Part shown: positions 1 through 13,440 of the stretch, piece by piece
How the letters are laid out: every line of letters starts with the position of its first letter
Position numbering within the stretch: position 1 is the first letter of the stretch
Assembly (NCBI GenBank): GCA_965644265.1
Contig: OZ286462.1
Location: 51,212,001-51,276,000 of the forward strand
Source: Glycera tridactyla
Lineage: Eukaryota
Reading direction: 5' to 3'
DNA: 64,000 bases
The notes under the pieces: generated by a model
The model's input: the letters and a program-made list of their open reading frames with translations, nothing else
What the model was told of the DNA's origin: nothing
The model's database searches: none
Translations under genes and position numbers: made by a program

Positions 1-73
1 GACTTAGTCAGTTGTAGTCATTTTCGTGTGTTCTTCATCAATTCGACATGGTCTCCTATGAGAAATAACAGTA

Positions 74-251
74 CAGTCTAACCTGTCCTAGGCAGCCACT
101 GTACTAAGCAGCCACCTGCCCTAAGCAGCCACTTTTGAATTTCCCATCGGGGGTTTTTGCACGATAATCAACCTGCTCTAAGCAGCCACCTGCCCTAAGC
201 AGCCACTTTTTGCCTTCCCCGAAGGGTGGCTGCTTAGAACAGGTTTTACTG
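74..251. mobile_element. Tc1/mariner(pogo)-type MITE, GCAGCCAC subfamily
   Basis: TA at 72-73 and 252-253. The left end CAGTCTAACCTGTCCTAGGCAGCCAC matches the reverse complement of the right end (CAGTAAAACCTGTTCTAAGCAGCCAC). The motif TAAGCAGCCAC is iterated internally. No ORF. Confidence 0.9.
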
Positions 252-979
252 TATATCAAATTTCCACTTATGTTCAGCAATCAATTTTTGGAGGAAGTGT
301 GATATTGCCAGGAAGTGAACATAAAAAGACTTATGAGGCAAACCTTGTGATGTGAACCAATTGCGGCTATGCCTCCTGACGCGGGACTGTGATATCTTCC
401 CTATATGGCATGATGAAATTAGCATGTGCAGGTTCGTAAATTTCATTATCATGTTCATACCATAAACAATGGAATGAGAAGCGTTCAAAGAATGGTCAGT
501 TGACATAGTTGATTCAGCCACGTCATTTCTCTGCCAACAGAGGATGAATTCATCTTGTGGAATATATCATTCAGTATCTGTGCCTTAAGAAAATGGACTA
601 TTATTGTGCCTGAACTCATGGAATGGTGAACAGCGATCGAGCTGTCGAATCGATCAGCTTACCGTCAAGTGACAGTTTATTGATCATCGGTGCATTTGTG
701 TTAGGTCATGTGATGCAGGTCGGTAGTGTGGCACCTGGCCTCCAGGTGGCAGTTATTACGTCAGAAAAAGACAAATGAGGTGCTAATTGACACCAAGACG
801 AGATGCATGCCAAACACCCCGCCGGCACGTTACCGTCGATTGATACCGCAGTCACAGCCGATTGAATCATTTGTCACGATGCTGGCTCGTGTGAACTTCC
901 AGCTCCCTCTTGACTGATCAAAGCAATCCATATGTTATCCTCTTCATGCTTGGATCCATTGCAATCACTCGCTAATACT

Positions 980-2460
980 GTCTTTTCTTTGGAGATTTAT
1001 AGGGTCCAAGTCTGTCAAGTCTCAAAATATTAAGGGCAATATTATGTCCCTGTTGTAGAAGACCCCCTCATCTGTGCATTCAAATCACAGTTGATATCCC
1101 CATGTGCCCCTAGTCCCCCATTTAGTAACCTAAAAACCTGCCTTATGCACATTTTGAGAGTCACGTACACCGTTCACTGAATCAGAGAGCCAACCACTAA
1201 AATTTTGGAGTAGCAACTACTCTCTGGCCAATTCTTTAGCATTCTATGGATGATGCCACTCTGCAAAATCAAGATTTTCCTCATCATTCCATTGCAAATA
1301 CTGGCAGTGCTACTCTTTTTTAAATTGGCACTGCTACTATTTTTGTTCTTCAGTGTTTGGCATCTTTGCAGGATATGCTTTTAGCTCCCCTATAGATATT
1401 CTCCATGTATGAGCTGCTCACCAAAACTAGTGTATTTCATATTGGTGAAGAGTGGAATTAGTTCAGGGTTCAGGGAATGATAAAGTAGTTCATTGGCCTG
1501 CAGATCAAGATGGAAATTGATGATACTCAGCTGGAAATAGCCGAGGTTAGGGAGGATTGATGAGCTGTATTTTAATGGTATGTCTTTGAGCGAATCTTGA
1601 CAAAAATACTTTGCTACTGATTGAAAGATATTTGGAGGTCTGGAAGTTCATTTTTTTGTATCCATCCACTTATGGTGTGCATTAGTCGAGAATCCCACCC
1701 ACCATTTCATCCACATCAAATGTTCCATTTATGTCTGATTTTCTATTCAGAATTTTATTGCCCATTTCAAGATATATATAGCATTATGTAACATAATTCT
1801 GATGGAATTGGAAATTGATTGCATAAACTTGAGGGCCTGCCAATCCACCCTGGGAGAATCTGAGGTTCAGTACCAGCGCTCATGTGAAACCATTTCATGT
1901 TAAAAATTTGTTATACTAGTTCAGAGTTCCAGATACATTACATTCAGAGACCACCTGAAATTTCTCCAAAAATGGTTTCTCCAATGAGATGGTCACATGT
2001 TGAAGATATATTTGACATAGATGAATAGGAAAGCTGTCCTGTGAAAGCAATCTCGCTCTGAGGTGGTCCCTCATTTGGGTATTTTTGTTGAATGTTCCCC
2101 AACTACCCCTGTACCAAAATCATTTTTAGAAGGCATGACATCAGTGTTGAAGTACTGAAATCTAGGCTTGCCGTCACTGATCTTTGTGAAATGTGAATAT
2201 ATTAGAGATGACATATAGATGTGAGAAGTTATCTGATATAAGTTATGCCAGCTCTGAGGAAGGATACATGCCCAGAATGAGCCTGGACTTGCAAGGTAAT
2301 TTGGTGTTAACAGCCACTATCTCATCTAATTTTGGGGGGCATGTAGCTCTTTCATCAAATCTAAGGTACAAGATTGTTAATGTTTATTGTTTGGAGATTT
2401 GAAAGGTAAAAAAAAATGAAATGTTAAGGTTTTAGGTCCATTTTCTGCACTTGAGTAGGC
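980..2460 (-). mobile_element. possible heavily decayed LINE ORF2 3' region
   Basis: Minus-strand translation of 1441-1560 (SILPNLGYFQLSIINFHLDLQANELLYHSLNPELIPLF) loosely resembles the L..LGW....R....L.MYK.LN...P..L..LF tract at the C-terminus of L2/CR1-group ORF2. Many stops; boundaries approximate. Confidence 0.25.
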
Positions 2461-4763
2461 TAAATCAGACCACCTGCCAAGGAGGAGCGAAGATCATCTC
2501 CTGTAAGACCAAAAGGAAAAAAGTATATGCTATCTCTGGTAAGTTTTCGGGGTCTCTTGGAGCAAAGTGCTAATCAATATGGCAGCTTACTGGTGGTCAT
2601 GATGACAGGTCACATGACTGATCACATGGCTGATCACATGACATGACGTGTTGACACATCATTAGATGCATCACACATGATCGATCACCAGACTCCCATC
2701 AAATATCGTACCCGCTGTGTCGGCCAACCACTGATAGTTTTTATATCTTGATGATCGACGTGTGAGCTATATCTAGTTATCTTCTCTGATGCCTGCAGCC
2801 TGCGGTAGATTTGAAATATCAGAACTGACAAACGGTGGCCTCCGGTTATTCATGGATATTGACTCAAGCAGCCAATGCTCATGAAAACCGGGATTACATC
2901 TGACACTTCAACATCTGTGATTGGAGTCTGCCATTCTGAATCAACCCTAGAGTTCTTCGCCGAGCGTGTGTGTACTTCCTTCCACCGATCTCGGATCATG
3001 CTTCCAATCTTGTCCAGATGCCATTGGTGATGTCCTGTGCTCATCACATACAAATAATTGAAACTTGAACCACTGTTTCACTAATTGGGAGACAGAAATG
3101 AAGGTAATACTCAGCTATCAGAATGGACACTGAGGAGAAGCACTACTATTTTGAATGTAGACTAGGATGATCACTGACAGTGAAGATATTTGAAGTGAGA
3201 AGCTTTCAGTTACCCTCCAGCATTTTTCTTCAGCTCTAATGGCAAAAGCGTTGATACTGAGTCACATGATCAGCTAATATCCTATCTTGCAGCATTTATC
3301 CAAAACATATCAATCCGAATATTCGTGTTATTCCTCAAGTCACTCACTTATGTATATCTGAAAATTTGTGTCATTTCTTGATTTACTAACTGAAGTTGTC
3401 GCTGTTAGCTTGTCAGCAAAGATCAGTTGGAACTGTTGTTAATTCATTCAGTCAGGTGGACAGGCCATGCTTCCTCTCGTTGAATTATTCAGTCAGGATG
3501 ACAGGATGTCATGAATTCCACAGTTGAACATAGCAACGAGATATCTATGTGAAAATCCATTAGCATATACACCAGTTTCAGGTGATTTAAGTTTGGATTC
3601 ACCATATGCTTTCTAAATGAATTTTTGGATACCACTATGGTAGCTTTGATGCTGAAATTGTGCCACAGTTTTGTTCTGGGTTACTTTGGGTGGCCTCATA
3701 CAAAACTGATTCATTCAATTGTTTTGCTAGAATTTCATCTGAGCAAATCATTTTATTTTCAGAATTTATCCAATGGTCAAACTGATGATGTTTTGTAAAG
3801 TTTATGTGGTTGTGTAAAAGCTTACATCTTTCCTCGAATATTGTAGAAAAAAAGGCAAATCTCTTCTTGGTTACTCAGCCTGCAACTATCATTATCACCG
3901 TGGACACATGCGGAGTTACTGTGATTTGAAATCCTGTGGGTTGAAACGTGCCGTTAAACCTCAAAAAAAAAAATACTGTGATTTGAATCATTCATTGAGA
4001 GTCCCTAATTTGCAGAAACATATCTGATATGATTCAGCTATGTAATATAGCATGGGAAGAATTGTGGATATAGGGTAATAGTGCATGCAAGTCATGTTCC
4101 ACTTGATTCAATGAGTGTGACTGAGTGTCAAATCGAGGGAAGCCATGAGACGTGAGAACTCCTGCCATGGTTCATAATCGCCCACCTGCTGACTACGTCC
4201 CTTGATTATCATCAACATTTCCATGCAACACAAGGCCTCAAACAAATGTGGATAGCACATAATTCAATTGCGAATCATTCACTTGAATTTGGATCTATGT
4301 TTGCCCTGGAAGTGGGCAGCTTTATGCAATTCAAAGGCCTCAAACTCTTTTGAATGGCACAGAATTTGATTTTTAATTACCCAATTTGATTTGCCTCTCT
4401 GTTTGCCCTGCAATTGGGACAAATCTCGAGCTCGTGTACCATTGCAAGCATACATTGGTAGAAATCATTCATTGTGTAGACTGAGATATCAGAGGCTGAT
4501 CCTGTGTGTGGGAGTCTATTCTTGAAAGCACATAAAAGAACCCATGCTGTCCTTTGCAAAGAGTAGGGCATTGCTCCCAGCAGCAGTACCCCCTATTTCC
4601 TTCAGCATTTCCAGTCGCACTGAATCCATATGAATCCCTGCATGAGAGTGAGCAGTATTTGCGGTCAACCACAGCAAGAAACTAGAAATCAGGATATCTT
4701 TTGCCGATTGATGCATCTTCTCAAATTCTCCCCTATTGATTATTGAGGATAGAAAGATAGATA

Positions 4764-4937
4764 CAGTCAAACCTGCTCTAAAGACCACCTCTCTATAGAG
4801 ACCACCTCTCTATAAAGACCACCTGAGCTGTGACCGTGGTATTTTCACCAATAAATGACCTATCTATAAAGACCACCTTTCTATAAAGACCACTTTTTGA
4901 TGTGACCAAAGGCGGTCTTTATAGGCAGGTTCGACTG
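4764..4937. mobile_element. Tc1/mariner-type MITE, AAAGACCACC subfamily
   Basis: TA flanks (4762-63, 4938-39). Termini CAGTCAAACCTGCTCTAAAGACC and GGTCTTTATAGGCAGGTTCGACTG are inverted repeats, with iterated TATAAAGACCACCT inside. Same family as 28311, 31346, 37261 and 52160. Confidence 0.92.
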
Positions 4938-5814
4938 TAGTTGATGGACGGCCCTTCATTGAGTATGAAATACTAGCAATTTGCCAGGCTGTTCATTTTC
5001 TGGCAGAGATAGCAGTATGTAGATATATCAACTTGATAGCTATCATTTGTGTGTATCATATATAATACCTCCATATCAGCATACTTTTGAAATAGAAAAC
5101 AACAATCGAGTTCATGTGCACTTAACTTTCATCTGCCCTCTCATATTTTGACAAGATCAAATATGACTTATGGTGCACCAGATTTGAAGGTCAAATATAC
5201 CCCAAATTCGGAGGTCTCCATACATTCTGGGTGGTTGCATGTCACTAGATTCCATCTCGTAATGCAGTATCAGGTGTATATTCTCTTCAGATGGACCCTG
5301 TGCTCACTGATTGGTCATCAAAACATCTTGGGTGAAGGATATTGACTGTGCTTGATTGCTTGGGGGAGCGCCACTGACCCCTGACCAGGGATACTGCAAC
5401 AGATATCCAGGGTGGTATAGTAGAATGCCTGGCATTGAGGACACATGCTCTCGCATGGGCCAATATTGATGTTGTCACTATGGAGACCTCATCTATATTT
5501 TTCTGTCTCAGTGTCGAGACACTATCTGTGTGTGATGAGACAGCCTGTGTCAAATCTGGCCACTGAATGTCCCCCGCTGTACAAGTGGCCATTGTGAATT
5601 ATAGATAGCAGCGGATAAAGCTATGGGAATGTAAGCAGCGATGACAGAGACCCCAATGTTATCTGGATGCCACCTCTGCTTGCCTGAATAGAAACAAATG
5701 TGATTGGAAATTCAAGTGACCTCCATGTAGAGCAATACGATTTGGCTATCCCTCCGAATCTGAAAGAAGGCCTCAGTCTGGTTTGATATCGAATTTTTGT
5801 TCCTCTTCTAAGTA

Positions 5815-5996
5815 CAGTAAAACCTGTCTATAGTGAAAAGTCACGGGCCAGATCTTTCTTTTCACTGTAGAAAGGATTTCACTATATACAGGTCAATTAT
5901 AGTGAGAAAAAAAAAATGTTAAAAACACCAGATTTTTCTTTTCACTGTAGACAGGATTTCACTGTGGACAGGATTTCACTAAAGCAGGTTTTACTG
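5815..5996. mobile_element. Tc1/mariner-type MITE, GGATTTCACT subfamily
   Basis: TA flanks. Termini CAGTAAAACCTG and CAGGTTTTACTG, with internal iterated AGGATTTCACT and TTTCTTTTCACTGTAG. Confidence 0.88.
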
Positions 5997-6298
5997 TATA
6001 TTCTGAAATAAAGAATTAGTAAATAAAGATGACTATTACCACTACTATAGTAAAATGGAAAAGTATAGTAAATACTAACATCAAGACAATCTTGTAGCTG
6101 GAGCCATATTCACAGATAGTAATTTATAGTATTTGGTTGCATAGCTCAGTGCATAAGACAGCTTGCTCCTTCTAAGGCTAGGCAGTTGGTGCCATGCTAG
6201 TGATTCAGATTCAAAATCAAAAGAAATCAGATAATTTTCTCAGAATGTGATTTCTGTATTCCGGTTATGCATCATGAAACATAGTGCATTCTGAACTA

Positions 6299-6475
6299 CA
6301 GTGAAACCTGCGACGAGAGACTGCCCTAAATGTCACCAAAAAGCGGTCTCTCAAAAGAGGTGGTCTCTCATCGGAGGTATATTCGACTATATCAAATAAT
6401 GGAGCTGCCCTGGGAAAGCGGTCTCTCGTCGGAGGTGGTCTCTCCTCAGGGGGTCTCTCGTCACAGGTTTCACTG
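6299..6475. mobile_element. Tc1/mariner-type MITE, GAGAGACC subfamily
   Basis: TA flanks. CAGTGAAACCTGCGACGAGAGAC versus the reverse-complemented right end CAGTGAAACCTGTGACGAGAGAC. GGTCTCTC is iterated inside and CpGs are retained (young copy). Confidence 0.92.
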
Positions 6476-7930
6476 TATATGTCTTCACATTCTGATATAT
6501 AACAGCAAATCCTCCAATGAGACCCCTGATGAGAGACCACATCCAACTGAAGATTGCTGTTTAATGGCAGCTTATTCAACATAGATAAACCTCGGGTGAG
6601 AGACTGCTTTTGGGTGACATTTATGGTGATCTTCAATTGCCAGTTGTACTGTATCATCACTCTGTGGTGAGTAGCAAGCTAAGTTGAATTTTCAATAACA
6701 TTATATTGAACGTTATATTATGAGATCAGTCCTATATAACCTAATCCATATCCAAAAAGATGTAAATTCAATGATCCAATCAGTCATTGGTAACAGATCA
6801 AGCTTGAATGCATTGTTTTCTGCGTGGTATTCAGTGGAAAGATTTGTTGTTGTGAAGGTGATGTTGAAGGATTTGTTCTGACTTGAATATGGGTCTCGGA
6901 CTTCATGGTGGCAAGCAGTGTCGTATCCGTACCTCTTTATGCAGCCCACATATTACATTTCAGTATCTATAAACATCAGCCAAGTAAGTTGGTTGTCTTG
7001 GAAAAGTTTAATCTATGTACTTAGGCAACATAAATATTTGACATTCTAAACCAGCTTGGCCGCTATAAATCACTCTAGTAGAAGGCCACAAGTGAATTCA
7101 GGATATCACTGACATTATCTTTAGATGTTGGTGCGAGAAAGGCGATGAATCTTGAATGGGTGGTGTAATCGAAGGCGCGTTTAACGGTAAGTTATTTATG
7201 AACTGCTCGCACGCTGAGCAGGTAATATTAGCTGGTGACAATTAATTATTGGCAAAGTCTGCGGTATGAGTTTGGGATCTCACGGCTGAATAATCCATAT
7301 GGACTACATCCGCACAATGTCAGTGGCACCTCGGAATACCATGCCTCATGCAGAAATTGTCCATAATGGAAGCTCTGTCAGCAGTTAATGGCATAGCCAT
7401 GTTGGATAATTGAAATCAATTTCGCTTTAAATTAAAACCAAACAAGGCGATAGTATCCAGAGAGATGTATTCAAAAGCAGGACAATAATATCTCAGAAAT
7501 ATATATGTATATATATATTCATTTAAGGGTGTGGAGATTTCACAAAGATCAAGCAACTATATAGTTATGCTTACATAGATATTTTCCCCAGTTGGAAGAT
7601 ACAGTTTTGCTTATCAGACACTGATTTCCCAGTTGAGTAAGGTTTGACACCCTTCAGAACTTGATCACAGAATATCGCCTAGAATATCCCTAGCAACAAA
7701 ATGTACTGTGAACTGGTGTGACTTCACGATTATGAATTTTTGCTTTTATCCCACAGCCTATTTGGTGATATTTGTGTACTTGAATGTCATCATCAAATCT
7801 CATTACGCATGAGACAGGGCCCTATCTTTCTTATACTCTTAATGTCCCCATCTCTTTCTGTCCCTACCTCCCTCTCTTTTCCCTTCATTCTCTTGTCTGC
7901 TCTCTCATGCTGACTCTCCTCTCCCCCCAC

Positions 7931-8843
7931 NNNNNNNNNNNNNNNNNNNNNNNNNNNNNNNNNNNNNNNNNNNNNNNNNNNNNNNNNNNNNNNNNNNNNN
8001 NNNNNNNNNNNNNNNNNNNNNNNNNNNNNNNNNNNNNNNNNNNNNNNNNNNNNNNNNNNNNNNNNNNNNNNNNNNNNNNNNNNNNNNNNNNNNNNNNNNN
8101 NNNNNNNNNNNNNNNNNNNNNNNNNNNNNNNNNNNNNNNNNNNNNNNNNNNNNNNNNNNNNNNNNNNNNNNNNNNNNNNNNNNNNNNNNNNNNNNNNNNN
8201 NNNNNNNNNNNNNNNNNNNNNNNNNNNNNNNNNNNNNNNNNNNNNNNNNNNNNNNNNNNNNNNNNNNNNNNNNNNNNNNNNNNNNNNNNNNNNNNNNNNN
8301 NNNNNNNNNNNNNNNNNNNNNNNNNNNNNNNNNNNNNNNNNNNNNNNNNNNNNNNNNNNNNNNNNNNNNNNNNNNNNNNNNNNNNNNNNNNNNNNNNNNN
8401 NNNNNNNNNNNNNNNNNNNNNNNNNNNNNNNNNNNNNNNNNNNNNNNNNNNNNNNNNNNNNNNNNNNNNNNNNNNNNNNNNNNNNNNNNNNNNNNNNNNN
8501 NNNNNNNNNNNNNNNNNNNNNNNNNNNNNNNNNNNNNNNNNNNNNNNNNNNNNNNNNNNNNNNNNNNNNNNNNNNNNNNNNNNNNNNNNNNNNNNNNNNN
8601 NNNNNNNNNNNNNNNNNNNNNNNNNNNNNNNNNNNNNNNNNNNNNNNNNNNNNNNNNNNNNNNNNNNNNNNNNNNNNNNNNNNNNNNNNNNNNNNNNNNN
8701 NNNNNNNNNNNNNNNNNNNNNNNNNNNNNNNNNNNNNNNNNNNNNNNNNNNNNNNNNNNNNNNNNNNNNNNNNNNNNNNNNNNNNNNNNNNNNNNNNNNN
8801 NNNNNNNNNNNNNNNNNNNNNNNNNNNNNNNNNNNNNNNNNNN
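7931..8843. other. assembly gap (913 N)
   Basis: Run of N, preceded by CT-rich low-complexity sequence. Confidence 1.
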
Positions 8844-9878
8844 GCTCCAACTCAAAATATTTGCTTCAGGAAAAAATGGTCATTGTTATTTCCATGAACA
8901 ACAACACTGCAAACTTTACTGCAAGTTTTATTAGTATACATAGGCATTGCACTTATGCAGTAAAGAGTTCTAACACGAGACATCAGAGTACATGCGATGC
9001 TATTTGTAGTAGATATCACTATGGCACATATTTCAAGGATTTTGTCACCAGTGTTGTCCTCATTGTAGGAATTTATTTCTAACATTACGTTCTTATTGTA
9101 GAGTTTTGTGTGCAGATTTTTTGCCAGCTTTGAGTTTATTTTTAGAATGTGTATGCCGTGCTGTGTGTGTGTTGTGCAATGTTTGAGTAGTGTCTGCAGA
9201 GTGCATTCCTGGTGTGGTGTGGTGTGTCGTACATGTACATATTAGTAGAAACCTGCATGGGGACTCTTTAACATCAGGCGAGACCATGGATTCATATCAC
9301 TCTGTCTTACTTCGAGTCTCAATACATTTTACAATGCCATTCTCATGGCATTCTCAAGTCTCTCCATGCAAGTTTCACTCTATTGCTTACTCATTCATAT
9401 CTTCTAATAAGATGTTTTTTCAGCAGGACTAACATATGGTCATATTTTTGGTTTGCTTCAAGGATCATACACTAATCCTGTTTGGCTTCTGATTCGGAGG
9501 TCATTTATATGAGAAACTGGGCACATTATGTGCTATCTTAGTACAGCTCATATTCCTGTGTTATGAAAGAATCCTGGATATGCACAACAAATTCTGTCTT
9601 CACTTTGTACCATCCATATCTTTATTTCATAAATGATCCCTGCATATGAGCTACAGATATGGCCTCCCCTTAGTACAATGGGTACCTACTTGCAGCTTCC
9701 TGCAGTGATTTTGTACCAATTGCTCAAATGTGCATCGGGATGGGAATCATTGGTATGAATGAAATTGAAGATGCTAGCATTCATTCATTCATCACTCATC
9801 ATCGGCTCCTAGTTAAGGTTCACATCTCGTGTTGGCATCATGTTTCATTATATCCTCTGTAACGTGATTTATCCACAG

Positions 9879-9923
9879 GAGCTTTGGCTACTAGAACTTC
9901 GGCTGTATCCGGTTCGACAAACT
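9879..9923 (+). CDS. weak candidate 45-nt exon (product unknown)
   Basis: Acceptor ATTTATCCACAG and donor ACT|GTGAGT, length divisible by 3, open in two frames (ELWLLELRLYPVRQT or ALATRTSAVSGSTN), in a CpG-retaining patch. No family recognised. Confidence 0.2.
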
Positions 9924-10249
9924 GTGAGTTCCAGTCTCGAATTTATCGATCCTTCCAATTCAGTACTCACCCAAACATGTATCGGGCTTCTCCAGATGAT
10001 GTAACTTCCTACCGCTCCCAGCCAAAACCTCACCGCAATCACTACCGTATTCATTATTCAATTGCGATCAACGTCAACTTATCAGGGCCAATAACCCACT
10101 ATTTTGGATGAGATCATAACAATCATCATAAGAGATTTAAAGAATATATGATAATGATATTTGAACTTTTACCCATATGGCATAGCAGTACGTTTCGGAA
10201 TAGGCAGTAAAAGCAAGAGTACAATCACTTCATTTGAGAGTTTGCTCAA

Positions 10250-10800
10250 AACCCAGATTTTCGCATCAGCATATTGAAGACATTTATGAATTTATTTGGT
10301 GGCCTTGTCCAAAAGACTTGGCCTTTAGATCAAATTCCAGGCATGTTGATAGTTTCTTGGATCATTAGGTTTATCTCTGGTGAATGATAGTTGACAAGGA
10401 ATGGCATCCCATGGCTGTGGTCCATACTTATGATGCATATGTATTCATGATCATTATTGCTCATGGCTACTGATGGTCCTCCAGTAACTATGGATACCAT
10501 GGCCATCCTCAGTGATGCTGTACTTCATCTCTTGCTAAATTCATAAGAAAGTCTACCAGCATCAACATTTTATATTTCCTATAAGAGGTCAGTAATTTGT
10601 AGCATTTTAAAGATCAGGGTCCTAGCTCACAAAAGAAATGAGACGGTTTCCAAGCATGTGATTTGCCATGCCAATTTTGGACAGGTAAAAACTGGATTTA
10701 TTCCGATGTGAATTGATTTGGAAGTGTTGCTGACTTGGATAACAATATATGAGATGATGGTCAAGGTTACTGAAGGAAAATACCTTTCATAGTTCTGGGT
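10250..10800 (-). mobile_element. decayed CR1/L2-type LINE RT fragment
   Basis: Minus strand near 10590-10630 (CTAGGACCCTGATCTTTAAAATGCTACAAATTACTGACCTC) resembles, with a frameshift, the LGPLLF..Y.NDL motif before YADD. Boundaries approximate. Confidence 0.3.
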
Positions 10801-11468
10801 TTTTGTGCATGCAAAGAATTAAGTCAGTAGTTATTTTTGCCATTGTTTTGACAGTTTGATGTTTAGTTAAGTCAGCCTTCAGGGCCTGTTTTTCCAATGA
10901 AATATATAATATCAGATGGTCAATTCCATCAGTTTATCAGACACTTCAAATTGGAAAAAGTGCACATTATTTCGTTGCATTTTTGCAACAACCCTTGCAA
11001 CAAGTAAGGTAGCCTTGCTTTTGAATATACAGGGTTTGCTGTGCAAGGAATCCCCTAAAGTTGGTGGAATTTGTTCCTGATATTTGAGTGATGTTCCCTA
11101 GGAATTGGCTAGAACCATTTTTAAGCCTATGGGTTTCAGTGGAATTTTCAATGATTTTCTCCCCCAGAAATCAGTCCATATATTCATATATGATGTCTAT
11201 TGGACTTTCCTGTGACAGTGTATCTCGAAGATGTGCATGAGTTTTCACTCGAACGTTCCAGCACTCTATGCTACAAGTCTGCACAGAACCATTGTGTACT
11301 TTTGCTTGACACTGCTCCTGTTCCTGCTCCTCCGATGTTGTATACTCCAACTGATGGGAACTAATCAGATTTCTTCTCCAAATTCCATGTTACAATATCT
11401 ATTGAAGTAATTTGCTTTTGAAATTGTATTAAACCTACCATGGCTTGATGCACCAAACCACTTCTAAT

Positions 11469-11653
11469 NNNNNNNNNNNNNNNNNNNNNNNNNNNNNNNN
11501 NNNNNNNNNNNNNNNNNNNNNNNNNNNNNNNNNNNNNNNNNNNNNNNNNNNNNNNNNNNNNNNNNNNNNNNNNNNNNNNNNNNNNNNNNNNNNNNNNNNN
11601 NNNNNNNNNNNNNNNNNNNNNNNNNNNNNNNNNNNNNNNNNNNNNNNNNNNNN
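11469..11653. other. assembly gap (185 N)
   Basis: Run of N. Confidence 1.
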
Positions 11654-11884
11654 GAGTGATTATATCCCGAAAATGCATGAAAGACAGTAAGCAGTAAACT
11701 CCTGATGTATTCTATCTTCAATATCATCGATGACAGAGATAGGTGATGATTGTATATGATATTCAGACATAAATACAGGAGGAATTCTTGAAGGGTTGTA
11801 ATAGAGAATAAATCTTTATCATTCTACACTAAGCCTGAAATTGACCATGGATGACATCAGCAACAGAAGCTTCACCTGTAACAT

Positions 11885-11929
<45 letters not shown>

Positions 11930-11930
11930 C
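11885..11930. repeat. (CAG)n microsatellite
   Basis: About 15 CAG units with two TAG interruptions. Confidence 0.95.
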
Positions 11931-13281
11931 TGAACACCATTTTAGCCACAACATAATATCGTCAGTTGCCCTTGAGTAGGACCCACTAAATCAGAAATTT
12001 TGTCAAGATTTCGTCAGGATCCAGTCAGTGATATATCACTGGTGACCTTATATGTATATGTTCAAAAAGCCCTACATTTCAAAGTTACTGTAAATACTGA
12101 AAAGAAGCTCATGATTCCTCTCCGAATCTTTTGGAAATCTTTATCTCTTCATCTTCTTGTAAACTACTAGTTTATTCATTTTTAAAAGATGGGTCTCATT
12201 TCAAAGCCTAGGTATCTCTGGTACAGACACGAGATGACTCCTGATGTCATCTCTTCTAGAGGCACTGTACTTAAGAGCAGCTAGTGGTGTTTTATATCAT
12301 GAGGAAACACCATATCAATTCTACTCTCTCTGCTTCATTGGATGACCTACTGCTCGCATTTATCTTTTTCCCACTTTGTGTCTAAATGACATATGTCTTA
12401 GGGACAATCCATATTGGCTTGAGTCTGCAACTAAGGGAAGTGTTATAAGAAAGTATCAGGCTTTGCATTGGCGAAAATTTTTCGGAGCCAGCTGGCCCCT
12501 AATGTGATACGGTGGTAGCCGTTGACAAATGGTATCAGACAGTCAATACACTGTCAATCACAACCTCACATAATTTCAGGGGCCATTGGCTACTAAATCA
12601 AAAACATTGTAGGCAGAGGGTAACTTTGGTAGCCAATGTCATAGTTGCTGCAGGGAAGGGATCTTTAGGAGCCTCTGGAAGTGTTAATACCTGCAGGGGA
12701 CATAGGTAGATGTCCGCAGGATAGGACGTAGGTAGATGTCCAGCAGGATAACAGGGAAGAGGAGGTACATATTGATCATAGCGATGCTGCTTCCATTATT
12801 GACACACTAGTAGTGCTATTGATCCCACTGGCCATGTTCTCCTGAATATTTGACTGACTGGCCCGACTGACTGGTCAGCCACACCTGCTGGCCTGCCATC
12901 ATGTATAATTCAGATGGTAGATCATATCTATCAGTTGGAATTAGCCATGTTTGCCTATGTCCATATCTGCAAATACTGAGAAACATGGATTTTCCCAAAT
13001 CTGTGGCCCTTCGGATACACAGATACTATTGACTAGTTTGCATTTGCACAGCTTTCATCATGCTTTAAAAAGTTACCGACCATATTTGAACTGACACCTT
13101 TGAAAATGCAGAAATCTCGGTTATCTTTGGATATGTGGCAGGGACCTAGTTTAGAGAGATTGACTTTTTCACCCAGCACCTAGGTCAATCATCTTTTGAA
13201 GTCCCACATGCTATTTGTCAGCATTTGATTTTGGAGAATGTGCATTGCAGTGATTTTGACTTAGTCCATTGGCCTACTGAA

Positions 13282-13440
13282 ACTCAATGCCAAACTCACC
13301 ATTCTGAAAGACAACCTTCGCTCGGAAAATGATAACTCAATGCCTAACTCTCCATTCTGGAAGACAACCTTCGCTCAGAAAATGATAACTCAATGCCAAA
13401 CTCTCCATTCTGGAAGACAACCTTCCCTTGGAAATTATAA
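13282..13440. repeat. 53-bp tandem repeat, 3 copies
   Basis: Units start at 13282, 13335 and 13388; consensus ACTCAATGCCAAACTCTCCATTCTGGAAGACAACCTTCGCTCRGAAAATGATA. Confidence 0.92.

Noticed and set aside
4377-4788. Minus-strand EMLKE...AAG and FYQCM...CPNC fragments resembling a Gypsy integrase HHCC finger
   Set aside because: The His residues are missing and the spacing between fragments is too long; no DDE core follows. Could be chance.
7784-9082. Long ORFs in the track spanning N runs (also at 11.4k, 32.4k, 45.2k, 46.5k and 55.2k)
   Set aside because: Their length comes from X codons across assembly gaps; the flanking peptides are not protein-like.
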